Assembly (NCBI GenBank): GCA_965213925.1
Contig: OZ243927.1
Location: 2,272,001-2,336,000, forward strand
Length of the DNA stretch: 64,000 nucleotides
Reading direction: 5' to 3'
Source: Trueperaceae bacterium
GTDB taxonomy: Bacteria; Deinococcota; Deinococci; Deinococcales; Trueperaceae
The stretch's first letter is position 1, and every line of letters begins with the position of its first letter. The notes beneath the pieces are model-generated. The model made no database searches. It was not told the DNA's origin and was given only the letters and a program-made list of their open reading frames with translations. Positions 20,615 through 32,475 of the stretch are shown here, piece after piece. Both the position numbers and the translations under genes were made by a program.

Positions 20615-21400
20615 ATGACCGAACAAGTCCAAAAACAAATCCAAACCCAACTCCTCGAGCTACAATCCCAAGAAGAGGTCAAAATCCTCTACGCCTGCGA
20701 GTCGGGCAGCCGCGCTTGGGGCTTTCCGTCTGAAGACAGCGACTTCGACGTGCGCTTCATCTACCTTCGCCCGGCTGACTGGTACTTGTCCATCGACTTA
20801 GAGCGTAAGCGCGACGTGATTGAGAGACCGATTAGCGACCAGCTCGACATAAGCGGGTGGGATTTACGTAAGGCGTTACAGCTTTTTTACAAGTCGAATC
20901 CGCCGCTGCTCGAATGGTTGGGCTCGCCGATTGTGTACCTCGAGCCCTACCCAACCGCCGAGAAGATGCGCGAACTCGCCAAGACCTTTTACTCCGCCAA
21001 AGCCTGTATGTATCACTACCGCCACATGGCGAAGGGCAACTACCGCGAGTATCTACGAGGCGAAACGGTCTGGATCAAGAAGTATTTTTACGTCTTGCGT
21101 CCGATTATGGCGATTTGGTGGCTCGAGAAGGGATTGGGCATTGTACCGACGGAGTTTGAGAAGCTTGTTGCTGAGATCGTAGACGACGCGCAGCTTCGCA
21201 GCGATATCGACGACCTCATCGAGCAGAAAAGAAGAGGTGCTGAGCTGGCGAGAGGTCCGAGGGTTCCCTCGATCAGCACCTTCATCGACACGGAAATCGA
21301 ACGGCTCGCAGGTCAAACGTTTGACGCTTACGCGCAAAAACCCGACAAAGAGGTCTTGAGCGCCTTCTTCCGCGCCACGCTCGGTGAAGTGTGGCATTAG
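20615..21400 (+). CDS. Nucleotidyltransferase, RlaP/YcgL-like Pol-beta family
   Basis: ESGSRAWGFPSEDSDFDVRFIY, GWDLRKAL, KKYFYVLRP. Confidence 0.88.
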   Translation: MTEQVQKQIQTQLLELQSQEEVKILYACESGSRAWGFPSEDSDFDVRFIYLRPADWYLSIDLERKRDVIERPISDQLDISGWDLRKALQLFYKSNPPLLEWLGSPIVYLEPYPTAEKMRELAKTFYSAKACMYHYRHMAKGNYREYLRGETVWIKKYFYVLRPIMAIWWLEKGLGIVPTEFEKLVAEIVDDAQLRSDIDDLIEQKRRGAELARGPRVPSISTFIDTEIERLAGQTFDAYAQKPDKEVLSAFFRATLGEVWH

Positions 21401-21506
21401 GGGCGGCGTAATTCGAAGCTATTTCTGAGCGACGCTAAAACGTAGTTGTGCTGCTCGGACCGGATGTAGTCCGTTCGCGTGACGTGGACCTGCCTCTTCG
21501 CAGGGG

Positions 21507-23374
<1,868 letters not shown>

Positions 23375-23475
23375 GAGTTACCCCTCGTCGTTGACCTCTA
23401 CATAGCTTCCTGGTTGTATCGCGTTTAGCGCGTCTGAAATGACAGACTCCACACGTTTGATAATGGAAGACATCT

Positions 23476-23699
23476 TTATGTGGAAGGATTTCTACTAGCT
23501 CGAGCCAACCTCAAAAAATCCACCGGGTCTTGACGTTTGACGGAGGGGAAGTTAAGTTCTCCAAAAACTCCTCCAACGTATAGCCGTCGTCCAGATAGTC
23601 CAAAAGCGTCTGTGCCTGAACGCGCGTCCCTCTAAAGGCGAGGGTGCCGCCCAAAATATCGGGGTCGGAGTGGATGGGGCTGTGTAGGGGGGAAATCAT
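23476..23699 (-). pseudogene. DUF433 antitoxin-like gene, frameshifted by a 5-bp duplication
   Basis: DPDILGG..FRGTRV..LDYL..GYTLEEFLEN; AACTTAACTT duplication (plus strand 23549-23558); removing one copy restores ENFPSVKR to the stop at 23476. Confidence 0.82.
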
Positions 23700-23716
23700 A
23701 AGAGCAGTTTAATACT

Positions 23717-24319
23717 TTAGCGCGTCATATACGGCAAATCTTGCGCCGTCTCTGAAACCTCTTCGCTCCCTTCTAAAAGCTCCGCAATCGGGTCCCAGCG
23801 CCCTTGGGTCAGCGAATCTTTGGCGGTAGGGGAGACCCGCACCGAAATCGTCTTATCGCCAAACGTCACGCGCTCGTTCTCGATGTCGATGGTGATGTCC
23901 GTGCCGGGTCGCGCTTTGATTTCCTGCACAATCTCCTGAATCTGCTCACGCTCCGCCTCGATGCAGGGCATCCCGAGCGTGACCGCGTTGCCGTAAAAAA
24001 TCTCCGCGAAGCTCTCCGCAATCACGGCGCGAAAGCCGTAGCGGTACATCGCCTGCGGCGCGTGCTCTCTTGACGAGCCGCAGCCGAAGTTGCTATCCGA
24101 AATCATAATAGTCGCGTCTTCGTACGCCTGCTCGTTCAGCACGTGCGCTTTGCGCGTGCCGTCCTCGTTAAAGCGCACGTCGTAGAACATGTACTCGCCC
24201 AGCCCGTCAAAGGTGACGCACTTCATGTAACGCGCCGGGATGATGCGGTCGGTGTCGATGTCGTCGCCGGGGACGTAGACGGCTTTGCCGGTGAGGTGAG
24301 TGATTTTGTCGAGTGCCAT
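23717..24319 (-). CDS. leuD: 3-isopropylmalate dehydratase small subunit
   Basis: DIDTDRIIPARY, NFGCGSSREHAP, ESFAEIFYGN. Confidence 0.96.
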   Translation of the reverse strand: MALDKITHLTGKAVYVPGDDIDTDRIIPARYMKCVTFDGLGEYMFYDVRFNEDGTRKAHVLNEQAYEDATIMISDSNFGCGSSREHAPQAMYRYGFRAVIAESFAEIFYGNAVTLGMPCIEAEREQIQEIVQEIKARPGTDITIDIENERVTFGDKTISVRVSPTAKDSLTQGRWDPIAELLEGSEEVSETAQDLPYMTR

Positions 24320-24334
24320 GTGTAAACCTCCAGT

Positions 24335-24688
24335 TTAGGTATCAACTGTCCTTGATGTGAGACTATTTGTGTTTAGTTCGGTCAAGCGCCACTCCGCGCA
24401 TAAGATATTGAGACGGTTTTTCTCTGACCAAAGTTCCATTTCTATAGACCACAGCGTAGTTTCAGAATAGGAAACTTCCGTTGCTTCAATACTGGTGAGG
24501 TCTACGTAATTCCACTCGAGCGGCTCCCTGATGTACTCAAGTTCTGAAACCCTTAAAAAAGTTAGTGAGAAGTTCGTTTCTTTTGCTTCATCAAGCACGT
24601 GAATTTCAAGCTGAATGGTACTAGTCAGAAAGTCGAACTTAAAAGTCGTAATTTGTCCACCATACATAGTATCAAGGTCTTTATTCAT
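24335..24688 (-). CDS. Small acidic hypothetical protein (YxiG/immunity-like)
   Basis: ATG overlaps the upstream stop (ATGA); AT-rich; beta-rich acidic sequence. Confidence 0.55.
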   Translation of the reverse strand: MNKDLDTMYGGQITTFKFDFLTSTIQLEIHVLDEAKETNFSLTFLRVSELEYIREPLEWNYVDLTSIEATEVSYSETTLWSIEMELWSEKNRLNILCAEWRLTELNTNSLTSRTVDT

Positions 24689-25287
24689 GAACGCATCTTC
24701 TTCGTGCAAACCATAAGACCTGTAGACCAGCGCAATTTGGTGCAGATGAAATCCTCTCGAGCCTCCAACACCTCTATCACTCGCCGCTGACCCTGCCAGA
24801 TGTTGAGGATGAAGTCGTCGGAGTTTTCGATTTCGTCTCGTTCTTGCCACGCCAGATTGAGGTCGTCGATGATGTAGAAGCCGCCTGGCGCAACTAAGTT
24901 CAGCGCGAGTTCGGGAGAGTCGATTTTGCCGGGGAAGGTGTCGGCGAAGATGAGGTCGTAGGTTTGACCTTGGGTGCGTTTGAGAAACTCGAGCCCGTCC
25001 TCCTTATAAATTGTCAACCTCTCGTCGCTTCCCAAATGCTCTTTAGCAATAGAGGTCAAGTCAGCATTGAGTTCGACGGTCTCGAGCCTCGCCCTTTCAT
25101 CCATCCCGCTCAGCAGCCACGCGGTTCCCAAGCCGACGCCCGTGCCTAGCTCTAAGAGCCGCCCGCCCGGTTTGCTCGCAGCTAGAGTCGCCAAGAGGTT
25201 GCCCGTGAGCGGGTCGGACATCATATTGAAGCCTGCGTTTTTGGCGGCGTGTTGGAGGGGCTCGAGTTGAGGAGGTTGAGAGGTCAT
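24685..25287 (-). CDS. O-methyltransferase family protein
   Basis: LLELGTGVGLGT, YDLIFAD, PGGFYIIDD. Confidence 0.88.
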   Translation of the reverse strand: MTSQPPQLEPLQHAAKNAGFNMMSDPLTGNLLATLAASKPGGRLLELGTGVGLGTAWLLSGMDERARLETVELNADLTSIAKEHLGSDERLTIYKEDGLEFLKRTQGQTYDLIFADTFPGKIDSPELALNLVAPGGFYIIDDLNLAWQERDEIENSDDFILNIWQGQRRVIEVLEAREDFICTKLRWSTGLMVCTKKMRS

Positions 25288-26030
25288 AAAAATCTGCTGA
25301 AGAATCCTTTCTTTCGTGCTGAACGTATAGACCAGATACCGAACGGGTTGTGAAAGGGCTCGCCCGGATGGTGATGTCTGTCCTTCTCTTTAGTCAATGT
25401 GTAAGTCGGTGAATCTGCGCTCAAGCTAAAAGTGTTACCAGATGCTAAGTCGGGCGATTCTGCCAGCTGATAGTAGTTAAACTGATTGAGCAGGTCAGCG
25501 GCAGCCTCTGGCGAGAGGTTGTTTTCTACTTCGCAGTCAGGTAAACCGAAGTTGTGCATTCCACAGGAGTAAAAAGTGTTCTCACTACCTATTAGCGTGA
25601 TGAAGGCAACGTAGAGGCTGAACAGATCGTCTGACTCGGCGAGTTGACGCCATTTTTCCGCTGAGTGTGCGACACCTGCCGATTCAACTTTGACGGCGAT
25701 GCCACCGGAATTAAGCAGCGCATTTCCCACCTCTAGGCTCTCTCTAACCTGTGACAAAGACGCGCCAGAACTCAGTGCGTACAGCGTAAAGGTGTGCTCT
25801 CCAATTAGTGAAATGTCTTCCTCGCTCAAGTTCCCTTGACCGGCAATACGAAACGCCCCATGAAGTTGCAGGTTATACTCCTCAACCTCGAGCATTTGAG
25901 ATTGTTGCGTTGCCGTATTCATAAGGACTCCACCCGCGAAGAGGTAGCCATTACTACGTGAGGCTATCGCTTGAACGATTTCACTTCGAGATTCCCAAGT
26001 TCCAGGTACGCCGATGATGATTTGACTCAT
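25284..26030 (-). CDS. DUF4261-like protein
   Basis: YSCGMHNFGLPD and NPFGIW motifs. Confidence 0.7.
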   Translation of the reverse strand: MSQIIIGVPGTWESRSEIVQAIASRSNGYLFAGGVLMNTATQQSQMLEVEEYNLQLHGAFRIAGQGNLSEEDISLIGEHTFTLYALSSGASLSQVRESLEVGNALLNSGGIAVKVESAGVAHSAEKWRQLAESDDLFSLYVAFITLIGSENTFYSCGMHNFGLPDCEVENNLSPEAAADLLNQFNYYQLAESPDLASGNTFSLSADSPTYTLTKEKDRHHHPGEPFHNPFGIWSIRSARKKGFFSRFL

Positions 26031-26041
26031 GACTACGAGTA

Positions 26042-27478
26042 TTAAGCATTAACGAGGTCAGAAACGCCAAAAACCTCTCTCGCATCGCTCACAACCCCCG
26101 TAATCGCCGCCGCCGCCACCATTACCGGACTCATCAACACCGTGCGCCCCGTAACCGAGCCCTGTCGCCCTTTGAAGTTGCGGTTGCTCGAACTCGCGCA
26201 GAGCTGGTCGCCCACGAGCTTGTCGGGGTTCATCGCCAGACACATCGAGCAGCCCGCCTCGCGCCACTCGAAGCCTGCATCGCGGAAGACCTTGTCAATC
26301 CCCATCTCCGCGCAGAGCTTCCCGACGATTTGCGAGCCCGGCACGGCGATAGCTTTGATACCCTCTTTGACTTTGTGACCCTCTAAATACTTCGCCACCT
26401 CCACAAAATCCGTGAGCCGCCCGTTGGTACAGCTTCCGAAAAATGCCACATCAATCGGCGTGCCTTGAATCGGTGCACCGGGCGTGAGCTTCATGTGCTC
26501 TAAGGCTTCTTCAATCGCGGCTTTCTCGCTCTCTTTCGCGCCTTCTACAGTCGGCACGTTCTCGTCAATAAAGATGGCTTGTCCAGGGTTAATGCCCCAA
26601 GTGACGGTCGGCGCGATGTCCCCCGCGCGGATATTCACCACGTCGTCGTAGTGGCAGCCCTCGTCCGAGGCGACCCAGCGCCAGCGCTCTACCGCCTCGT
26701 CCCATTCCGCGCCTGTCGGTGAGTAGGGGCGTCCTTGCAAGTATTCAAAGGTCGTCTCGTCCGGGTTGACGTAGCCGCAGCGTGCGCCACCCTCGATGGA
26801 CATGTTGCAGACCGTCATGCGCTCTTCCATGCTCATCTTGTCAAACACTTCGCCGCCGTACTCGTAAGCGTAGCCGAGCCCGCCCTTGACGCCGAGCGTG
26901 CGGATGATGTGGAGGATAATGTCTTTGGCGTAGACGCCGGGTCCGAGCCTCCCATCCACGTTGATGCGGCGGACCTTGAGCTTGTTCATGGCGATGGTCT
27001 GGGTGGCGAGCACGTCGCGTACTTGGCTCGTGCCGATGCCAAAGGCAATCGCGCCGAACGCGCCGTGGGTGGCGGTGTGGGAGTCGCCGCAGGCGATGGT
27101 GGTGCCGGGCTGGGTGATGCCCTGCTCGGGTCCGACCATGTGGACGATGCCTTGGTTGCCGCTCGAGAGGTCAAAGTACGTAATCCCGAACTCCTCGCAG
27201 TTCTTGGCGAGTTCTTTAATCATCGCGTCTGCCAGTGGGTCGGCAAAGGGCTCTTCGCGCTGGTCAGTGGGGACGATGTGGTCCACCGTCGCAAAAGTGC
27301 GGTGGGGCATCTTCACGGGTAAATTCATATCGCGGAGCATCCCGAAGGCTTGTGGGCTCGTGACTTCGTGGATGAGGTGCGTGCCGATGAGGAGTTGGGT
27401 CTGTCCGCTCTCGAGCTTTCTTACGGCGTGTGTCTCCCAAACCTTTTCGTACAAGTTTTGCGGTTTCGTTTCTGACAT
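26042..27478 (-). CDS. leuC: 3-isopropylmalate dehydratase large subunit
   Basis: [44 protein letters not shown] before ATG 27478. Confidence 0.96.
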   Translation of the reverse strand: MSETKPQNLYEKVWETHAVRKLESGQTQLLIGTHLIHEVTSPQAFGMLRDMNLPVKMPHRTFATVDHIVPTDQREEPFADPLADAMIKELAKNCEEFGITYFDLSSGNQGIVHMVGPEQGITQPGTTIACGDSHTATHGAFGAIAFGIGTSQVRDVLATQTIAMNKLKVRRINVDGRLGPGVYAKDIILHIIRTLGVKGGLGYAYEYGGEVFDKMSMEERMTVCNMSIEGGARCGYVNPDETTFEYLQGRPYSPTGAEWDEAVERWRWVASDEGCHYDDVVNIRAGDIAPTVTWGINPGQAIFIDENVPTVEGAKESEKAAIEEALEHMKLTPGAPIQGTPIDVAFFGSCTNGRLTDFVEVAKYLEGHKVKEGIKAIAVPGSQIVGKLCAEMGIDKVFRDAGFEWREAGCSMCLAMNPDKLVGDQLCASSSNRNFKGRQGSVTGRTVLMSPVMVAAAAITGVVSDAREVFGVSDLVNA

Positions 27479-27491
27479 GCTCGTCCTCTCT

Positions 27492-27525
27492 AAAAAAACA
27501 CCCTCGGTTGGGTCCGAGGGTGTTT
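27492..27525 (-). terminator. Attenuator terminator of the leu operon
   Basis: AAACACCCTCGG-ACCCAA-CCGAGGGTGTTTTTTT on the minus strand, just upstream of the leuC RBS. Confidence 0.88.
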
Positions 27526-27548
27526 GTGAAGCGTGAAATAAAAGAGCG

Positions 27549-27608
27549 CTACGCGGCGACAACCCCGAGGGAAATTAGACTTAGTAGGTTGGCGCGTGGG
27601 TAGAACAT
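27549..27608 (-). CDS. leu leader peptide [19 protein letters not shown]
   Basis: 19 codons including CTA CTA AGT CTA ATT TCC CTC; lies between the promoter and the terminator. Confidence 0.8.
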   Translation of the reverse strand: MFYPRANLLSLISLGVVAA

Positions 27609-27616
27609 TGCTCATG

Positions 27617-27645
27617 AGTATACGTGGGGGAGAAGGGTGTGTCAA
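27617..27645 (-). promoter_or_regulatory. Sigma-70 promoter of the leu operon
   Basis: TTGACA-17 nt-TATACT, ending 8 nt before the leader ATG. Confidence 0.85.
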
Positions 27646-27748
27646 CCGAGAAAGATGAGTTCTGCGGAGAATCGCACAAGAGGTCTGTGAAGAGGTTGCT
27701 GGGGGAGGCTCGAGCGCGTCGCCGAAGAAAGCTGACTTGAGCGCACGT

Positions 27749-27775
27749 AAAAAGCTGACCTCGAAGGGTCAGCTT
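27749..27775 (-). terminator. Terminator of the DUF3618 cluster
   Basis: AAGCTGACC-CTTCGA-GGTCAGCTTTTT. Confidence 0.75.
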
Positions 27776-27795
27776 CATATTTCAACCTTTAGACG

Positions 27796-28752
27796 TTAGC
27801 GCTTGTTCTTCTCTGCTTCCTCTTCAGCCGTATTCTTCGCGTCTTTTGTGGCTTCTTCAGCTACAGCCTGCACTCTAGAACCTGCGTCGCGCGTGGACTC
27901 TCGTCCCTCGTTTAAGCCTCGAGCGTCGGCTTCCTCTTTCGCCGTATCCCCCGCGCTCTTGTAGCTTTTCGCTGCCACCCTCTTAGTCTGACGGGCGCTG
28001 CGCTTGGTTTGCGCTTTGAACTTATCGCTCTCGCGCCCCATGAGTTTATCCTCTTGTCTGGTGCTCGGGGCGGAAAGACCGAGCGCCATGCCCGCCAAGG
28101 TAATGATCGACCCGGCGATGAGCGGGTGATCGCCGACAAGCCGCGCTAAACCCCGCCTGGCTTGGTACGCTTCGCGCTTAGCTTGACGCTGGCGGTCATA
28201 ATTATAGTTACCGTAGTCTGGACCGTCACCCGTGTAGTCGTACTCGTCTACGCCCTCAGTCGGTAGGTTCTGGTCGCCCGAGAGTGCCCCTGCGTTCGGC
28301 GCGTCGCCAATCGTGCGCCCGTAGTCGGGTCCGCTCAGGCTGTTGCGCAGGTTGTCCCCGTCCGGGCGGTCTTGCGGGAAGCGGTCGCTAGGGTACTCTA
28401 GGTCAAGCTCCTCATCTGAGGAGCCACTAAACGCTCCGCCGATGGCGAGGACGCTCACGCCTAGCGCGACTAAAACGGCGGGTAGCGGGTCATCCTCTAA
28501 GCGCTCTAAGAAGCCGCGACTGGCTTTTCTCGAGCGCTCCCCCGCGTTATCAAAGGCGTCTGTGAGCCCCTGCGATACGGCGCTCTGCACCCCTTCGGTG
28601 CGCTTTCTAAGCCCCTCTTTATAGCGTTCCGGGCTGAGCTGATAGGTGATCGCTTCGACATCATCACCGAGCTGCGTGCGCGTCTCTTCGATGTTCGCTT
28701 CGATATCGTCTGCGTCCCTGTTATCTGCATCTTTGTTGTTTTGGTCGCTCAT
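27796..28752 (-). CDS. DUF3618-domain protein
   Basis: IEANIEETRTQLGDDVEAITYQLSP N-terminus; PSTRQEDKLMG motif. Confidence 0.75.
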   Translation of the reverse strand: MSDQNNKDADNRDADDIEANIEETRTQLGDDVEAITYQLSPERYKEGLRKRTEGVQSAVSQGLTDAFDNAGERSRKASRGFLERLEDDPLPAVLVALGVSVLAIGGAFSGSSDEELDLEYPSDRFPQDRPDGDNLRNSLSGPDYGRTIGDAPNAGALSGDQNLPTEGVDEYDYTGDGPDYGNYNYDRQRQAKREAYQARRGLARLVGDHPLIAGSIITLAGMALGLSAPSTRQEDKLMGRESDKFKAQTKRSARQTKRVAAKSYKSAGDTAKEEADARGLNEGRESTRDAGSRVQAVAEEATKDAKNTAEEEAEKNKR

Positions 28753-28759
28753 CTCAGCC

Positions 28760-29176
28760 TCACCGCAACCTTTCTGTCACTTCTTTGGCATCCTCGCCTA
28801 AGGTTCTCACGGTTCGCTTCGGCGTCAAATCCATCTTCTTGATGTCCGCCCAACCACGAATCGCTAAAATCAAGCCGATGAGAAAGAAGATACCGCCGAT
28901 GATAAGCGCGGACGCCCAGGTCGGCACCACGAGCGCGAGCAGCAAGATGAGCGCCGCGTAGAGGACGAATACGCCCGCGATGGCGATGAAGCCGCCGTAG
29001 ACGACCGAGCTTGCGCCGCCCACCGCTTTAGAAATCTCGTGACCGATTTCGGACTTGGCGAGCGCGACCTCTTGACGGATGAGGAGTCCTAGGTCGTCGG
29101 CGAGGTCGGCGAAGAGTTCACCTAGCGGGCGCTCGTTGGGATCGGGTTTGCTGGCGTTATCCGCTTTGTCCGCCAT
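28760..29176 (-). CDS. Holin-like (YhjD/Phage_holin_3_6) membrane protein
   Basis: LIRQEVALAKSE, two TM helices, P.RTV.TL.ED. Confidence 0.8.
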   Translation of the reverse strand: MADKADNASKPDPNERPLGELFADLADDLGLLIRQEVALAKSEIGHEISKAVGGASSVVYGGFIAIAGVFVLYAALILLLALVVPTWASALIIGGIFFLIGLILAIRGWADIKKMDLTPKRTVRTLGEDAKEVTERLR

Positions 29177-29656
29177 CTAGTAGCGTCCTCGGTTATCGGA
29201 ATCGTAACCGCCCTCGCTCGGCTTCGAGCTTTTCAGAAAGCGTGCGCCTACAAGCCCGAGTGCGACTGCGCCGCCGATAAAGAGGCTGGGCTGCCGACGC
29301 GCGAACTTCTCGACATCTTGCGCGATGCCCCTGACTCCTTGCTCTTCTAGGTAGTCCGACACGCTTTCGACGCGGTCCGCAATTCGTTCGGTGTAGCCCG
29401 CTAAGTCGTCCTGGTTGTCCTCGCGGAGCTGCTCGCTCGCCTTGTGGAGCGCCTGCGCGACGTTGCTCACCTGCGAGACGACTTGGCTCTTGCGCTTTTT
29501 CGCCTCTTTTTCGGCGCTCTGCTCCGCCTCGCGCCGCGCCTCTTGCGCTTTGCCTTCTACCTTCCCTTTCGCCTCTTGCGCCTGCTCCTTGGCTTGCTGC
29601 GACGTATCCTTGTTTTGGTCTTTGTTCTGGTTTTTGCTTCGGTTTTGATCTGACAT
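29177..29656 (-). CDS. Hypothetical protein (coiled-coil, C-terminal membrane anchor)
   Basis: FARRQPSLFIGGAVALGLVGARFLKSS; usual first gene of holin-like/DUF3618 triads. Confidence 0.7.
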   Translation of the reverse strand: MSDQNRSKNQNKDQNKDTSQQAKEQAQEAKGKVEGKAQEARREAEQSAEKEAKKRKSQVVSQVSNVAQALHKASEQLREDNQDDLAGYTERIADRVESVSDYLEEQGVRGIAQDVEKFARRQPSLFIGGAVALGLVGARFLKSSKPSEGGYDSDNRGRY

Positions 29657-29992
29657 GCACGTCTCCATTCCGAGCCGTTAGGCTCTTCTAAACTCGAGAA
29701 CAGTGGGAAATGAGACCCTTGAGTCGTGACAGACCCCTCCCCCCATTGGCTTAACCTCTATTGTGGGCGCTCTAACTCAGGTATGAAAGTACATCGCGTT
29801 ACAAATGGCAGCAGGTATCAAAGTCTGTCTCCCTATGGTCGGAGCTGGTCAGAAACGCTCTCACTGTAATACAGTGCTGTTCAGCATACACCGTAGGGAA
29901 TGATACCCATGACTACCGATGTGCGACTACCGATGCAGGTATAGAACGGCTGAACGTTCGGATTGCGAGAGGCTCGAGCTAAACTACCCTCT

Positions 29993-30976
29993 ATGGCACC
30001 CCCGACAAGAGGTCGCTACGCCCCTTCTCCCACGGGCTTTTTGCATCTCGGCAACGCCCGCACCGCGCTGGTCGCTTGGCTCCGGGCGCGTTCGCACAGC
30101 CATAGTCAGCGCGGTGCGTTCGTGATGCGCGTCGAGGATTTGGACGGACCGCGCACGGTGGCGGAAGCCGTTACGGGTAACTTAGAGGAGTTGCGCTGGC
30201 TGGGGTTGGATTGGGACGAGGGACCTGATGTCGGCGGACCTTACGCGCCTTACACGCAGAGTCAGAGAGACGCGGTTTACGAAGAAGCGCTCGAGACCTT
30301 GCGCCAAAAAGACCTCATCTTCGAATGCTACCTCTCGCGTAAAGACCTCCGCGAGCTGGCGTCCGCGCCGCACGGACAAGGGTTTGTTTACGGTGAGCAG
30401 GAACGCACTGAGAATGAGCGTTGTCGGCTAGAGAAAGTTGAGAGTGGCAAAAGGGCGAGCCTCCGTTTCAGGGTGGGGGGCGAACAGCTCCATTTTCACG
30501 ACCTCTTAGCGGGCGAGCAGACGGTTGACGCGGCGCGTCAAGTCGGTGACTTCGTCGTGCGGCGAGCCGACGGGCTGTGGGCGTATCAACTTGCGGTGGT
30601 AGTGGACGACATCGCTATGAAGATAAACGAAGTCGTGCGCGGCGACGACCTCTTGACGAGTACGGGGGCGCAGCTTCTGCTTTACAGAGCGCTAGGGGAG
30701 ACGCCGCCGCAGTATCTGCACGTACCTCTTTTATTGGACGAAGAGGGTCAGCGTATGGCAAAGCGTAAGGGCTCGCTGACGCTGAATGCGCTTCGTGAAG
30801 CGGGGGTGTCGCCGCAACGAGTCACCGGACTCCTCGCTTACACCTTGGGACTCGTGAGCGAACCCGAAGAGGTCACGCCTACTGATTTGCTAAAGGATTT
30901 CAGTCTGGACAACCTTCGCCGTGAAGCGTGTGGAGTGCAGAGGGATCATTTATCCTGGCTGACCTCTTCAACGTGA
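29993..30976 (+). CDS. gluQ: Glutamyl-Q tRNA(Asp) synthetase
   Basis: RYAPSPTGFLHLGN, AYQLAVVVDD, RMAKR; no anticodon-binding domain. Confidence 0.9.
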   Translation: MAPPTRGRYAPSPTGFLHLGNARTALVAWLRARSHSHSQRGAFVMRVEDLDGPRTVAEAVTGNLEELRWLGLDWDEGPDVGGPYAPYTQSQRDAVYEEALETLRQKDLIFECYLSRKDLRELASAPHGQGFVYGEQERTENERCRLEKVESGKRASLRFRVGGEQLHFHDLLAGEQTVDAARQVGDFVVRRADGLWAYQLAVVVDDIAMKINEVVRGDDLLTSTGAQLLLYRALGETPPQYLHVPLLLDEEGQRMAKRKGSLTLNALREAGVSPQRVTGLLAYTLGLVSEPEEVTPTDLLKDFSLDNLRREACGVQRDHLSWLTSST

Positions 30977-31887
30977 AGCTCCCCGACGCGCTCGTTCAAA
31001 GCCTCCGCGATATTCACGCCCACGCCGACGCTTGGCTTTCCGTCTTGAATACCCATATCCAACAGTGTGAAGAACGCTGGCAAATTCGCGTGACTGGGCT
31101 CGTCCCTGACCTCTCGCACAACGTAGTCGCGTTTGCTGAAGGTTCGGACGGTGCGCCCTACATCCTCAAGCTGAGCCCGCCCAACGCCGAATTCAGCCAA
31201 GAGGTCGCCGCGTTAAAGCTTTATAATGGTGAGGGCATCTGCCGCTTAATTGACGCCGATGACGCGGTAGGGGCGATGCTCTTAGAGCGACTCGAGCCCG
31301 GCATCTCCCTCTGGCGCACCGAGGTAGAAAACGCGAAAGAGAACGACCTCGCCACTCGAGCCGCCGCCACGCTGATGCTCCAACTCTGGCGACCCGTGAG
31401 CGACCCGCGCCCTTTTCGGAGCCTAGCGAGCTGGTCTCGGGTGCTGCCCCAATATCTGCGAATGTATCCGAACGGCGGCGGACCTCTTCCGCATTCGCTT
31501 CTGAAGAACGCAAACGACCTCTTGAGCGACCTCGTCAACTCATCCAACCCCGTGCTCCTCCACGCCGACTTGCACCACGGCAACATCGCTTCAGCGACGC
31601 GCCAACCCTATTTAGCGATCGATCCTAAGGGCATCCTGGGACCGAGAGGGTATGATTTGGGCCCGTTTTTAATGAATCCTACCCCTAGAATTGCTGAATC
31701 CAATTTGCGAGGTGTACTTGAGCGCCGCGTCGCTATCTTCGGTGAGATGCTGGACCTAGATACGCGAGAGGTGGCGGCGTGGGGTTTGGTTCACGCGGCT
31801 TTGTCAGCGTGTTGGACTTTGGAGAACCACGGGAGCGGTTGGGAGGTGGCTATGAAGGTTGCGGGCGAACTCGAGCCCTTTCTCTAA
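30973..31887 (+). CDS. APH(6)/hydroxyurea-resistance kinase family protein
   Basis: AMLLERL.PG, LLHADLHHGNI, AIDPKG; GTG overlaps the gluQ stop. Confidence 0.85.
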   Translation: MKLPDALVQSLRDIHAHADAWLSVLNTHIQQCEERWQIRVTGLVPDLSHNVVAFAEGSDGAPYILKLSPPNAEFSQEVAALKLYNGEGICRLIDADDAVGAMLLERLEPGISLWRTEVENAKENDLATRAAATLMLQLWRPVSDPRPFRSLASWSRVLPQYLRMYPNGGGPLPHSLLKNANDLLSDLVNSSNPVLLHADLHHGNIASATRQPYLAIDPKGILGPRGYDLGPFLMNPTPRIAESNLRGVLERRVAIFGEMLDLDTREVAAWGLVHAALSACWTLENHGSGWEVAMKVAGELEPFL

Positions 31888-31915
31888 CTGCTAGAATAGC
31901 CCTAAGGAGGACAAG

Positions 31916-32473
31916 GTGACGACCGAACCGCGCCTCATGACAGCCGAGGATTTACAGGAGCTTCCCGAAGACTATATGCGCCACGAACTCGTTGAGGGGG
32001 AACTGCGAACCATGCCACCTGCTGGACACGAACACGGCTCCATCGCCATGACCTTTGGAGCGTTTCTAATGACCTACGTTCGAACAAAGGAATTAGGGCG
32101 TGTTTACGCTGCTGAAACGGGCTTTATCATCGCTACTGAACCCGACACAGTTTTGGCTCCCGACGTTGCTTTCGTGTCCACTCAACGCTTGCAGCTTATC
32201 AGCAGAAGAGAAGGCTACTTTCCTAGCGTCCCTGATCTCGCTGTGGAGGTTGTCTCTCCAAATGATCGCTACAGCGAGGTGGAGGAAAAAGTGAGGTTAT
32301 GGCTTCAGTATGGTACGCGCATGGTCATCATCGTCGACCCGCGCACCGAAACGCTCAAAGTCTACCGCAGCCCTAGCGACGTGCAAATTCTGACGAGAGA
32401 AGACACTTTAGAGGGCGGCGACATCGTCCCCGGTTGGACACTTTCTTTAGCTGAGCTGTTTGCTAACCTTTAA
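31916..32473 (+). CDS. Uma2-family (DUF820) endonuclease-fold protein
   Basis: ELVEGEL, APDVAFV, PDLAVEVVSP. Confidence 0.9.
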   Translation: MTTEPRLMTAEDLQELPEDYMRHELVEGELRTMPPAGHEHGSIAMTFGAFLMTYVRTKELGRVYAAETGFIIATEPDTVLAPDVAFVSTQRLQLISRREGYFPSVPDLAVEVVSPNDRYSEVEEKVRLWLQYGTRMVIIVDPRTETLKVYRSPSDVQILTREDTLEGGDIVPGWTLSLAELFANL

Positions 32474-32475
32474 GC

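Noticed and set aside
28760..29176. Prophage suggested by the holin-like gene
   Set aside because: No other phage genes; this family occurs routinely with DUF3618 in chromosomal triads.
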